A stretch of 54,997 nt of DNA from Malacoraja senta. Lineage: Eukaryota. Under the pieces are notes generated by a model. The model worked only from the letters and a program-made list of their open reading frames with translations, did no database searches and was not told the DNA's origin. Made by a program: the position numbers and the translations under genes. This document shows positions 1-12,775 of the stretch, one piece after another; the stretch's first letter is position 1, and the number at the start of each line of letters is the position of its first letter. Location of the stretch: the NCBI GenBank assembly GCA_038087875.1, contig JAXLNO010001399.1, forward strand, positions 62,001 through 116,997, in the 5' to 3' direction.

Positions 1-352
1 TGACTCCATCTACACATCACGCTGCCTCGGGAAAGCAGTCAACATAATCAAAGAATTTTCCATCCCTCTCTTTCCTTCTTCTCCTCATTGGGTCAAAGAT
101 ACAGAAGCTTGAAAGTACACACTACCAGACTCATGAAGGTTTATTCCCATATGGTATCAGGCTTCTCAATGGCCCTTCCATAAACCAGGGTATAGTTAGA
201 TTTTGCTCCACCTCATTGTAGACCTTGGACTTTGTCTCTGAAACTGTTGTGCTACAATGTGGAAAACTATACTCTGCACTCTGTATCTTTCCCTTCGCTC
301 TACATATTATACCCGAGTTTGACTTGAGTGTATTTATGTGGAGTATTATGCA

Positions 353-630
353 GGCAGCACAGTGGCGTAGAGAGGGTTGCTGCCTTACAGCCCCAGAGAT
401 CCAGGTTCGATCTTGACTACGGATGCTGTCTGTACACAATTTGTACATTCTCCCTGTGACTGCGTGAGTTTCCTCCCACACGCCAAAGATGTACAGGTTG
501 GTAGGTTAATTGGCTTTGGTAAGTTATAAAATTATCCTTGGTATGTAGGATAGTGTTAGTGTAAGGGGTGATTGCTGGATGGCACAGACTTGTTGGGCCA
601 AAGGGTCTGTTTCCGTGCTATATCTCTAAC
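353..630 (+). mobile_element. tRNA-derived SINE (HE1/V-SINE-like)
   Basis: A box tggcgtagagagg, B box ggttcgatctt, conserved core tgtacattctccctgtgactgcgtg, LINE-like 3' end. Confidence 0.8.
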
Positions 631-977
631 ATCTAACGTAAATCTGATTTTGATTGGACAGCATGTATAACAATATTTTTCACTTTACCTGGGTACATGT
701 GACAATAATAAACCTAAACCTAAAACTCAATTTAAAAGATGGTTGGACAGGTTTTGAGGGATACAAAACACAGACAAATGAGATGAGCTTAGATGGGTTA
801 TCTGGGTTGGCATGGATACATTGGACAAAGGGGAAACATAAAAAACTGGAGTAACTCAGCGGGACACGCAGCATCTCTGGAGACAAGGAATGGAGGACGT
901 TTCGGATTGAGACCCTTCTTCAGATGTAGGACCAAAGGGCCTGTCTCCATGCTGTTTGACTCTTTGAAGACACTTAC

Positions 978-1391
978 TTTGTATAGGATGTAAGCCTCCT
1001 TGATGGGGATGATGACGTGGCCTTGGTGTTCACTGGAGCAAGAGCAAACCACACAGATGACACCCTGGCACTCCAGACAGAAGAGCTTGTGCCTCTCCTC
1101 GTGCCGCTGGCAGTAGAAGGCCGGCTGTCCCTGGCGGGGCTCCAGCTTCAGTTCCCTCACGCCTTCCACAATGTTGGCCAGCATGCGGTTGGGCTTCAAC
1201 CTCTTCTCCTTGAACACCTCCCTGCACTCGGGGCAGGAGTAGAAGGCATCACCCTTCTCCCAGCTCCGTGAGAAGCACAGCCGGCAGAAGTTGTGGTCGC
1301 ACTCCAGGGCCACCGGCTCCTGGAAGAAATCCAGGCAGATGGAGCAGGTCAGCTCGCTGAAGAGTCTACCGAGGGGTGGTAGGGAGGCCAT
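978..1391 (-). CDS. TRIM family protein (TRIM39/TRIM27/A33-like), first coding exon: RING C3HC4 + B-box2; later exons lie left of the window
   Basis: ORF 798..1391: CSICLDFF...CDHNFCRLC...CPEC (RING) and CQRHEERHKLFC...CVVC...EHQGH (B-box2). Phase-0 donor AAA|GTAAGT at 978/977 after 138 codons. Acceptor ttttactccacag upstream makes the whole exon 978..1431, so a 5'UTR exon is expected further right. Confidence 0.93.
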
Positions 1392-1592
1392 TATCCAAGG
1401 TCCAGCCTTCTCAGCAAACCGCTGTCAAAATCTGTGGAGTAAAACATAAACATGTAAATATAGTGTCTTCCTGCGTTGTTTCATTGTTGATTAGGTGGAA
1501 CCTGTGGTGTACGTGTCCTATTTGCTCCCAGTACCAATGTTCCTCTGGAGATCAGAGCATTCAACTTAGACCAAAGCTCCAGCATGAAGGGA

Positions 1593-1892
1593 GTGGCGGC
1601 ACAGTGACGCAGCGGTAGAGTTGCTGCCTTAAAGCACAAGAGACCTGAGTTCGATTCTATGGGTGCAGTCTGTGCGGAGTTTGCACGTTCTGTCTGTGAC
1701 CACGTGGGTTTTCTCTGGGTGCTCCGGTTTCCTCTCACATTCCAAAGAAGTGCAGGTTTGTAGGTTAATTGGCTTTATTGTAAATTGTCCCTAGTGGGTA
1801 GGATAGTGCTAGTGTACGGGGTGATCACTGGTCGGCATGGACTCGGTGGGCCTGATGGCCAGTTTTCACTCTGTATCTCTAATGTCTAAAGT
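1593..1892 (+). mobile_element. HE1-like SINE
   Basis: ggcggcacagtgacgcagcggtagagttgctgcc...ctgtatctcta. Confidence 0.85.
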
Positions 1893-2171
1893 CCAAAGAG
1901 TGCTCCTGCCTTGTCAGAGGCACCATCTTTCACTTCCAACACAAGATGATAAATCCCAGTGTACCATCACTGAATTCATAATGATTTCCTGAGTCCAGTA
2001 TCAGTTTAAACATTTTTATTCAAGCAAAATGGTTATTTGGTATCAGAGCAAAGCATTAAAAGATCTGCAGACCTTAACTAAAAACTTGACCCATAATCTG
2101 GATCAAACCCGGGTCTCTGGCGCTGCATTTTGCTGTGGGGCAGCAACTCTACCGCTGTGCCACTGTGACTG

Positions 2172-2670
2172 CGTCCAGTCAATCCATTCTTTCATCATAT
2201 GTCAGTCCTGCCATCCCGGGAATTAACCTGGTGAACCTATGCTGCACTCCCTCAATGGCAAGAATGCCCTTCCTCAAATTAGGAGACCAAAGCTGCACAC
2301 AATACTCCAGGTGTGGTCTCACCAGGGCCCTGTACAACTGCAGTATGACTTCCTTGCTCCTAAACTCAAATCCTCTCGTAATGAATGCCAACATGCCATT
2401 AGTTTTCGTCACTCCCTGCTCCACCTGCATGCTTACTTACAGTGACTGATGTACAAGGACCCCCAGGTTTCGTTGCATCTCCCCTTTTTAAAATCTGACA
2501 TTATTCAGATAATAATTAGCCTTCTTGTTCTTGCCACCAAAGTGGATTACCTCACATTTATCCACATTATACTGCATCTGCCATGCATCTACCCACTCAC
2601 CCAAACTATCCAAGTCACCCTGCAGCCTCATAGCATCCTCCTCGCAGCTCAGTGCCACCCACATTGTACT
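2172..2670 (-). mobile_element. CR1/L2-type LINE RT 3' fragment
   Basis: QYNVDKCEVIHFG and LYRALVRPHLEYCVQLWSP. Confidence 0.85.
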
Positions 2671-3692
2671 TGCACTCCTAGATCTATCTGCTCTAGAAGA
2701 TGCTCTAGTAAGTTCCTGTCTAATACCATTAAAATTGGCTTTACTCCAATTCAGAATTTTAGCATGTGGGCCTGCCCTGTCTTTTTCCATGACGACTTTA
2801 ATACTCATAGAACAGTGGTTGCTGCGCCTAAACATTTTGCTCATGGACACTTCAGTCACTTTCCCGATCCATTAACCTGTTCAAATCTTTGAACAATAAA
2901 CCAATTCCCACAAAATTCAAGCTTCAAGTTTTCCCTGTGGCATAATTTGCTCTGCTCCAACTAATTTCAAGTAAATTAATTTCCACTGCATTTAGTTTCC
3001 AACAATTTGAAATTCGTCATCAGAGAGTCAGAATCATATGGCACAGAAACATGCCACGTGTAGGAAGGAAATGCAGATGCTGGTTTACACCAAAAATAGA
3101 CACAAAATGCTGGAGTAACTCGGCGGGACAGGCCCATTTCTGGATAGAAAGAAGGGGTGACGTTTTGGGTCGAGACACTTCTTCGGGCCCCAAAACATCA
3201 CCAATTCCTTCTATACAATGATGCTGGTTACCCGCTGAGTTACTCCTGCATTTTGTGTCTATCTTCGACAGAAACAAGCCATTTGCCCCAACTCGTCCAA
3301 GCCCAATAACTTGCCTCATCTAAGTTAGATCCATTTATTTGCATTTGACCCATATCCCTCCAATTGTTTTCTATCCATGCAACTATCAAAATGCCTTCTA
3401 CATGTTGTTTTTGTACCCACCTCAATCTCTTCATCTGGAATGTCCCACCCTTGGTGTAAAAATATTTCTCCACAGGCTGCTATTGTCTAACCCGTTTCAC
3501 ATTAAACCGATGTCCCTATTTCTTCATTTCCATATCCAGGAAACAAAAAAACTGTACATTGTAAACACCTCCATAAAAGATAATCCTTCAGCCTCCTGCA
3601 CTGCAAGGAATCACGACCTAGCCAACCTAATCTTTCCCTGCAGCTCAGGACTTCAAATGCTGCCATTAACCTTGTCAATGTTCTAGTTTAGT

Positions 3693-4432
3693 GATACAGC
3701 ATGAAACAAGCACTCTGGCCCACTGAGTCCATGCCGACCAGCAATCATCCATATACTAGTTCTATCCTGCACTCTTGGGATGATTTACAGAAGCCAATTA
3801 ACCTACAAGCCTGCACGTCATTGGAATGCGGGAGGAAACTGGATCACTGGGAAAAATCCCACACGATCACAGGGAGAACATACAGTACAAACTACGTGCA
3901 GACAGCACCCGTAGTCAAGATCAAACTGGAGTCTCTGGCGCTGTAAGGCAGCAACTCTACCGCTGCACTTCTGTGCCACTCTCTGCACTCTTTCCAGCTC
4001 AACAACATCTTATGGCTTCATTCTTATAGAAGAGTGACCAAAACTACTGCACAAGTTATCACACTGCTCCAGTTATGCCTCAGCAATGTCTTGTATAACT
4101 GCAGCAATTGGTCTGCATAGTTTGCACATGCAAGAAACCTGAAGTAAAGACAAAAAGGGTGGCATAGTGGTGCAGCAGTAGGTTTGCTGCCTGACAGCGC
4201 CAGAGACCCGGATTTGATCGCCACTCTGGGTACTGTCTGTACGTTCTCCCTGTGCCCGCATGGGTTTTCTCCGGGTGCTCCAATTTCCTCCCACATTCCA
4301 GACATGCAGGTTTGCAGATTAATGGCTTCAGCAAATTGTCCCTAGTGTGTACGGGAGAACTAGTGTAGGAGTAATCACTGGTGGGCGTGTACTCCGTGGG
4401 CCTGTTTCCACGCTGTATCTGTAAACTAAACT
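3693..4432. mobile_element. Two HE1-like SINEs, head to head (about 3693-3980 minus; about 4157-4432 plus)
   Basis: Same consensus as the other copies, in opposite orientations. Confidence 0.8.
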
Positions 4433-6059
4433 GCTAAAAAAGTGCTGTAAATGTGCAGATCAGGCAGTAAACGTTGAGAATGAAATCCAGAATTGATGTT
4501 ACAGAACAAAGACCTTCCTTCATGGAAAATTGCAGAAATCAAACCTTATCTTAAAATGCAGGAAGAATAGAGGGGGTAGGGAACAATAGGGAACAGTTGA
4601 AAGGGTTTGCAGCGAATTGTTGGGGTCGGTTTATATAAAAAGTCATCAACTGCTTGAAAACAAGTTTGCGGAACACAGAGACAACGATAGCTTGTGATCT
4701 CAAGGTCACAACTGATAAGAACCCAGACAGAACTGTGAACAATTAGCGTTACATCGTAGGTTGGTACTTGATACATCCTAATCATCCTGTAGATGTAGAA
4801 GCTGCTTTATCAGCTGTGTGTTCAGAGTGCGATCTGTGTGAAAGTGTTTAGTCGAATGGTCAGTGTCTTTCGTCTGTTAGTTATGTTCAGTCTTTAGTTG
4901 TTTAGTTGTTCAGTTTAGTTTATTATCACGTGTACTGAGATACAGTGAAAAGCTTTTGTTGTGTGCAAACCAGCCAGCGGAAAGATAATACATGATTACA
5001 ATCGAACCATTTGCAGTGTATAGATACACGATAAGGGAATAAATAATGTTTAGTGCAAGGTAAAGCCAGTAAGGTCTGATCAAAGATAGTGCGAGCATCT
5101 CCAATGAGGTAGATAGTAGTTCAGGACTGTTCTCTGGTTACGGTATTTTCATTCCAAAGTCATTTGTGTTTTGTTAGTTATGATATGTTCAGTTTTTAGT
5201 TAAGGTCTGCATATCTTTAAATGCTTCGCTCCGATACCGTATAACCATTGTACCCGAATAAATGTTTTAAACGCTAATACTGGACTCGGCAAATCATTGA
5301 GTATTCAGTTATCCTACAACTGTGATTGAAGTAATTGCCCGTTAATTAAATTATCCGCCTCATTCTTGATCTTTGGCCTTTCACACGCTTCCAAACACAA
5401 TATAAACTGCAGGAACAACACGTCAACATTCAACTGGGGAAATGTCAGTGTTCACACGTTAATGTTAAATTCAGGAGTTTCAGATAAACAGCCTGTCCAG
5501 TCCGTGCTGGAGCCGACCAGAAAGGTCATCCTGCACATGTCAAAATCTTCAGCAAAAGCACAAAGTACAAGAGGAACTCAGCAGGTCAAGCACCATTTGT
5601 GGAAGGAAATGGACTCTTTCTGTCTGAAAAAAATACAGACCCAAAATGTCACCAGTACATTTCCTTCTACAGAAGCTGCCTGACCCGCTTACCTCCTCTA
5701 GCACTGTGTTTGACACAAAAGTCAGAGATGTCAGAAGACAGACTCAAAATGGTGTAGTAACTCAGCGGGTCAGACAGCATCTCTGGAGAAAAGGAATAGG
5801 TGACGTTTCGGGTCAAGACCCTTCTTGAGACAGGAACAGCACCGTTCCTCCTTCCATAGCTGTTTCCTGGCCAGTTTAGGATGTCCAGCATTTAGAAATA
5901 AAGAGCTGCAGATGTTGGTTTATCAAGAGTGCTGGAGTAACAGTGCATCAGGCAGGATCCATGGATAACAACATCCCTGGAGAACATGCATAGGTGATGT
6001 TTTGGGGTTGGGAGCCTTCTTCGGAATTATTCATCCAAAGAGACAGAATAAGTCTGTAG

Positions 6060-6495
6060 AAGGAGGGTGGGGGGTAGAGGGGGGTAAGGAGGGTGGGAGG
6101 GGAGAGGAAGGAGGGGAGAGGATGGAGGGGAGAGGATGGAGGGGAGTGGAGGGAAAGGAGGGAGAGGAGAGAGGAGGGGAGGGGGGAGATGAGGGGAGGG
6201 GGGAGAGGAGAGGAGGGGAGGGGGAGAGGAGGGGAGGGGACGAGGGGAGGGGAGAGAGGAAGGGGAGCGAGTGGAAGGGGGAGAGAGGAAGGGGGAGAGA
6301 GGAAGGGGGAGAGAGGAAGGGGGAGAGAGGAAGGGGGAGAGAGGAAGGGGGGAGAGAGGAATGGGGAGAGAGGAAGGGGGAGAGAGGAAGGGGGAGAGAG
6401 GAAGGGAGGGAGAGAGGAATGGAGGAAGAAGGGGGGGAGGGGGAGAGAGACACAGATAGAAAGTGTGTGTGTAGCGGGGGAGGGGGGGGGGGCTC
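6060..6495. repeat. Polypurine (GA/GGA) low-complexity tract with a ggggagagaggaag repeat
   Basis: The plus strand is almost exclusively G/A. Confidence 0.95.
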
Positions 6496-7189
6496 CTGCT
6501 CATTCAAGAAAGTGTTCCACAGAACTGAAAAAGCATCAACCAGTCATGTTTCAAATCGCGGAGATGGAATGCGGAAGGAACGTGGAGAATGCGATTGGGT
6601 GAAGGACAACGTTGATCAGGAAAGTTCATATTAAACTGGGCAGTTTGAAGAAGGGTCTCGACCCGAAACGTCATCCATTCCTTCTCTCCAGAGATGCTGT
6701 CTGTCCCGCTGAGTTACTCCAGCATTTTGTGTCGATCTTCGGCAGTCTCTGATGCATCAGAGTAACATGTAAAGGCCTGAAACAGAACAGCGTCGTGACC
6801 TGTTTACAGAGAAGACACGTTTAGACGGTTTGCTCCGTGAGGGCAGCATAGTGGAGCAGCTGCCAGAGCTGCTGCCTCTCAGCGCCATGGTCCCGGGTTC
6901 GAGCCAGCCCTCGGGTGCCGTATGTGTAGCGTTTACACATTCTCCCTGTGACTGCGTGGGTTTGTGGGTTAAATTGCCTCTGTAAAATTTGCTCTCTAAA
7001 TTTAGCCAACACAATTTGTAACATCTGAAAAGTTCAGCGCCTGTATCCATTCAGGCTTGCTATAGGGGGGTTGCACGTAAGGTCACTGGGTCATAGGGCT
7101 TGACGCACGGAGCCGCTTAATCCATCTGGAAGACATCCGTAACTTCCGGTACATGTTATTAATGCAAGAAACACGTACTTTCCTACCTG

Positions 7190-7835
7190 TTAAAAACCGC
7201 CAAAATTTTGAATGTTTTCGCTGTAAAAGATTGTGGAAGTCGGGGTAAGCGTGAGAGACATGTACCCAACTTCAGAATTCCAAGTGAAGTGAAATGAAGG
7301 TAAAGAGAAGCGAGAGCTGAAGGGACAACAACAGCTAAAGTGCTTGGTGAACATTGGCCGTGCAGATATCGGAATTGAAAATATTGGGATTTATTGCGTT
7401 TGCTCACTGCATTTCATCAACAGTAAGGAATTATTTGGTTTTTTTCTTGATTTCTTTGGTATCTAAAAAGTCTCAGAAGTGATAAATCTGGTTGTAAATT
7501 TTGCTTCAGAGGCGTTTTCTTTTTGAATGTAAAAACCCACGAGAACCAGGGGCGATTTTAAAATTTTACAGACAGATTTATCCCTACTGAAACTTTTTAG
7601 ATGCCAAAGGAATCAAGAAAAAACACAAATAATGCCTTAGTTGATGAAATGCAGTGAACAAGGCAAATGTTCGTCAAGCACTCTGGCTGTTGTTGTCCCT
7701 TCAGCTCTCGCTTCTATCTACCGTCATTTCTCCTCACTTTTTGAATTCTGAAGTAGGCTAAATGTCTCTCACGCTTATCCCGATTTCCATAATTATTTAC
7801 AGCGCAAAAATTGACAATTTCTGCGGGTTTTATCG
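7190..7835. repeat. Long imperfect inverted repeat (arms about 7190-7470 and 7575-7835), MITE/foldback-like
   Basis: aagcgtgagagacat...gaagcgagagctgaagggacaacaacagc...cactgcatttcatcaac...ttcttgatttctttggtatctaaaaagt recurs as its reverse complement. Confidence 0.85.
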
Positions 7836-7899
7836 GGCCGCTACGCTGGAAACAATGGTAAGTACTTACCTGCAGTTCATCGCGTGTAATCCAGTTGGC

Positions 7900-7913
7900 G
7901 TTACCGTAGCAAC
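7900..7913. promoter_or_regulatory. RFX X-box-like motif in a CpG-rich unique segment (about 7830-8300), candidate TRIM promoter or first exon
   Basis: GTTACCGTAGCAAC fits GTNRCC-N(0-3)-RGYAAC. A minus-strand donor CAG|GTAAGT lies at 7870/7869. Confidence 0.4.
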
Positions 7914-10499
7914 AGTACGGGTCATGGGTCGTGACCCGACTGACGTGAAACCTCCCTATAATGATCGTTTTATACAGTGGGATCCGCTTTCTACCAGTTC
8001 CCAGAGAACTTTGTCCTGGACTGTCCCGGGTCAGTCCGAGTCCAGACTTCATGTTCAAACACAGCTTTACAGTTTGCGCCTGAGTTACTATTTAAAGCGC
8101 CATTTTACACAAGGTCGTTAAAACGTTAGAGGCTTTCGATTCACTTCAGCCCGGCGCCCAATTGTTGCAGTTTGATCGCAAAAAGACGATCTTCGAGCGT
8201 GTAAACAATTATCGAGGGTTGAATGAACTCACTCGAACATTGGAAATAAAATAACTTTTCTCGCTGGAAGCTGCAAACCAAAGATCTTTGCTGTAAACCG
8301 CTCGGGTGTGCATTTAATGTAATGCAACTGATTCCTTCTAATGCAACTGACTCCTTCTCATGGGAACGCGTGTATTTAGGTAAAGACTTGTGTACACGCC
8401 ATGTTTACAGCTTGCAAGTTCCAGCTTCGGAACCCGCTGTATATATATCCCGACATGTGTTGGGTCGCGCCGTACCTGAGTGGGGCTCGGGGTTGCAGTT
8501 GGAGTCGTTACAAAACCGCACCTCAAGTTGCCTTCATCTGTGGCGAGGTTTCACTCGCTACCGGCAGCTTTTGATTCTGCCCGCATGGAGACCGGTGTTG
8601 TGTTCTCTGGAAGTTGAATGTATTGCACCACCGGCCACAGCCGACAGTGTCGCTACTGGGGGAGTTCCGTGGCGGGCAGCGCTGCAGAGCCAGTGAAAGA
8701 GTCAAACAGATGTGCAGGAAGGAACTGCAGATGTTGGTTTAAAGCGAAGAGAGACACAAAAAGTTGGAGTAACTCAGCGGGCCAGACAGCATCTCTGGAG
8801 AAAAGGAATAGGTGACATTTCGGGTCGAGACCTTTCTTCAAACTTCGCACCACGTATTTGGGTGTCTTTCCTACATATTTTATTTTTATTTTCATTGAAT
8901 TTGAAGTACTGACCCAGGCCCTTCGGCCCATCTCGTCAATGTTGACCAAGATGTCCAATCTACCTAGCCGAGTTTGACCCATATCCCTCTATTCTGTTCC
9001 TATCCACATCCCTGTCCAAATGTATTTTTAAATGTTGTCACAGTACCAGCCTCAACCACCTCCTCTGGCAGCTGGTTCCAAATACCCACCATCTGCTGAA
9101 AAACCTGCCCCTCAGGTTCCTATTAATTCTTTCTCTTCTCATCTTAAATCTATGTCCCCTGGTTCTTGTAAAAACAAGGAACTGCAGATGCTGGTTTATA
9201 CCACAGATAGACTCAACGTGCTGGTCAGGCAGCATCACTGGAGAAAAAGGATAGGTGACATTTCGTGTCGGGACTCAGACTGAAAGTAGGGGGTGGGGAG
9301 TGTGCCAGAGGAGAGAAAAGACCAGAACAAATCAGGGTCAACAACAAAGAACCTAAAGCAGGGTTGAACCTTGGTTGGTCTATTGTTGGCTGGGAAGGTG
9401 TGATCTCAAGAATCTGAGGTGAACTGTAGAACTGGTGAAACGACCAGGGTGGTGGAAGGGGGCTCATTTATCCAGTTCCTGAGAAACGACTGAGGCAGGA
9501 TAGATACCCTGCCCAAAGGCTCATCGGACGGCGTAACCGGGAGGGAGCTGGAGACATTGCATGTGAGGAGCGTGGGCTGGTAGGGTGAACTGGGGTATTA
9601 CCTCCAGCACCTTAATGGTCGGCTGCAGGAGCCGTCCCTGGGACACAGAATGTCCAGGAGAGGAGAGGGATGTTGGCTCGTGGGAAGTGCTCCAGTACAT
9701 AGAGCGGGCGGACCGACCGGACTTTGAACATTGAATAATGGCGCCAAAACATGGTGGCGCCCGCGTGTGTAATATATGCAAAAAGAATCATTGTGCAGTT
9801 GCACATGTGAAAAAGAAAACAGTATTGATCCCATTGAACTATTGAGCATCTGACACCTCATTCTCCTTTCTTGATCTCTTCTTCTCCATCACAGGCGACA
9901 GACTATCAACTGATCTGTACTATCAGACTATCAACTGATCTGGATGACCTTAGTGGAGCATCACAACAGCTGGGAAGGCGGATGAAGGCTATAGCAGAAA
10001 AGGGTCTCCAGTCGTCTTTGGCTCCATGCCACTGGATCCTGACCCAGATCTATCAAGGACCGTGGGGTGGCTGTCTGTGCGCCAATCTCCCCACATTAAA
10101 GAAAGTTACGTACAGGCATCCCCCATATATGGTATATCAGCCTGGATACATGCATGGTCAGCCATGACCGAAGGGGCCTAAGACAAAAGACTGCATCTGA
10201 TGTTCCCGCTGTGGCACCCTGTGTGTCAACGAGAGCAAATGTAGACTAGGCAACTGTTTCACCGAACACCTGCCAGAACTACCCGATGAGGTAGTTGAGG
10301 CAGGGACCATCCCAACTTTTAAGAAACAGTTAGACAGATACATGGATAGCACAGGTTTGAAGGGTTATGGGCCAAACGTGGGCCAGTGGGACTAATGTGG
10401 CTGGAACATGTTGGCCGGTGTGGCAAGATGGGCCGAAGATTCTGTTTCCATGCAGGATCACTCTATGACTATGAACTGCTAGGTCTCGTAGCTACTGAC

Positions 10500-10750
10500 A
10501 ATTTTAACATCCCTTCACATTCCCCTATTGACCTTTCTGTCTTGGGCCCCCTCCATTGCCAGAGTGAGACAACTGGAACAGCACCACATATTTTAGAAAC
10601 ATAGAAACATGGAAAATAGGTGCAGGAGGAGGCCATTCGGCCCTTCGTGCCAGCAGCGTCATTCATTGTGATCATGGCTGATCGAGTAGCAAGCTTGGGT
10701 AGCATGCAACCCAATGGTATGAATATTGCATTTTCAAATTTTAGGTCACT
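10500..10750 (+). mobile_element. Penelope-like fragment interrupted by an antisense CR1 3' tail (about 10590-10685)
   Basis: DLSVLGPLHCQSET...HI resumes as LGSMQPNGMNIAFSNF after a tagaaacatagaaac...gatcatggctgatc insert. Confidence 0.65.
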
Positions 10751-10754
10751 AACC

Positions 10755-11225
10755 TAAAACCGCCCTACTCAACCTCTCCCTCTTGGTCAAACCCTCTAGT
10801 TGTGGCAACATCCTCGTAAATCCTTTCTGTCCTGGCAATATCCTCGTAAGTCATCTGTGCACCATTTCCAGCTTGACAACATCTTTCCTGCAACATAGAA
10901 CTGAACACTATACTCTAAATGTGGTCTCACAAACGTCTTATACAACTGCAACATGACCTAATTTCTATACTCAAATGCTCTGACTGATGAAGGCTAATGT
11001 ACCAAACGCCTTTTTGAACACCTTGTCGACCTGCGACTCGTAATCTTGCCATGTAGGTTCTAATCCAAATCATTGATATACAAGACAAACAGTAACAGGC
11101 CCAGCACCGAACCCTGATGCACACCGCTAGTCACAGGCCACCAGTTCAAGAAGTTACCTTCCACCATTACCTTTTGCTTCCTTCCATGTAGCCAATTTTC
11201 TATTCATTCGGCTACCTCTCCTTTG
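10755..11225 (-). mobile_element. CR1-type LINE fragment
   Basis: Degenerate RT C-terminal coding sequence (antisense of ggtgcatcagggttcggtgctggg and cagttgtataagacgtt). Confidence 0.7.
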
Positions 11226-11574
11226 ATCAATAACTTTCCAGAGCAGCCGACCATGTGATAATCTAACAATGACAGACACAGCTATCTGAACTATATGATA
11301 GCTGCATTAAAGAGACTTAAAAAAACAGCTTTTAACAAGGCACGTGGATATGTGTAGAACGGAGGGCTATGGATCATGTGCAGGCCGATGAAATTAGTTT
11401 ACATTGGCATCATGTTCGGCACAGACATTGTGGGTCGAAGGGCCTGTTCCTTTGCTGTACTTTGCTGTGTTCTATGTCCACCTCCTCCCAACTGTTTCCT
11501 ATAATGAGCCTATTTTATTCCCCCAATTTCACCCTCTCCATTGATGGTGAAACTTTTCTCGTGGAGAGGAAGAA

Positions 11575-12775
11575 AGTTGCCATGCGTTGGAACAAGATGA
11601 AGGGTGCAGAGAAGATTTACAAGGCTGCTGCCAGGACTCGAGGACCTGAGCTATAGGGAGAGGTTGAGCAGGCTAGGTCTCTCTTCCTTGGAGCGCAGGA
11701 GGATGAGGGGTAATCCTTTCAAAGAGCACAAAATCAAGAGAGGAATAGATTGGGTAGATGCACAGTCTCTTCCCCAGACTAGGGGAATCGAGAACCAGAG
11801 GATATAGGTTTAAGGTGAGGGGGGGGGGGGGGGAGATTAAATGGGAACCAGAGGGGTAACATTTTCATACAACGGGTGGTGGGTGTGTGGAACAAGCTGC
11901 CAGAGGAGGTAGTTGAGGCCCGCATTATCACAATGTTTAAAAAACATTGAATGTCTGCAATGAAGCAGAGGAGAATCAGACTGTACCCTTGTTTATTGAA
12001 AGACCGTTCTGAACCCTGATAATGGAGACATTCCACCCAGTTTCATCCTCCACGCACTCCTCCATACTGTTCCCGTCTGTCCACCCTACCTCCTTTATTT
12101 GGGGCTCTGTGACAACCATAAATGTTTGTTCTCTTACCTAATAGTGTATGTACGGGAAGGAATAAGGTCATATGGTCATCATTGATATGAGGAGAATTAG
12201 ACCATTCAGCCCATCAGGTCTACTCCGCCGTTAAGCCTTGTTTGATGTATCTCTCCCTCCTAACCCATTTCTTGCCTTCTCCCCATAAGCCCTGACATCC
12301 GTACTAATCAAGAATCTATCTATCTCCGCCTTAAAACATATTATTTTTCTTGGCCTCCACAGCATACTGTGGCAAAGAATTCCACAGATTCACCACACTC
12401 AAAATAAATAAATTCCTCCTAATTTCCTTCCTTAAGGGATGTTCTTTAATTCTGAGACTATGACCTCTAGTTCACGACTCTCCCACTAGTGGGAACGGCC
12501 TCTCCAGAGCCACTCAATCCAAGCCTTTCACTATTTGGTAAGTTTCAATGAGGTCCCGCATTCTATACCCCAGTGCCATCAAACGCTCATCACATGTTAT
12601 CCCATTCATTCCTGGGATCATTCTTGTAAATCTCCTCTGGACCCTCTCCAGAGCCAGCACATCCTTCCTTCCTCAGATATGGTGCCCAAAAATGCTCACA
12701 ATATTCCAAATGCGGCTTGACCAGCACCGTATAGAGCCTCAACATTACATCCCTGTTTTGTATTCTAGCCATCTT
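11575..12775. mobile_element. Two CR1 3' fragments in opposite orientations (about 11575-11960 plus; about 12160-12775 minus)
   Basis: QRRFTRLLPGLEDLSYRERL on plus; LVKPHLEYCEHFWAPYLRK on minus. Confidence 0.8.

Noticed and set aside
353-430. tRNA-like A/B boxes (also at the other SINE heads)
   Set aside because: These are SINE heads continuing into the SINE core and LINE-like tail, not cloverleaf tRNA genes.
6002-6634. G/E/R-rich and P/S/L-rich ORFs
   Set aside because: Low-complexity purine tract artefact.
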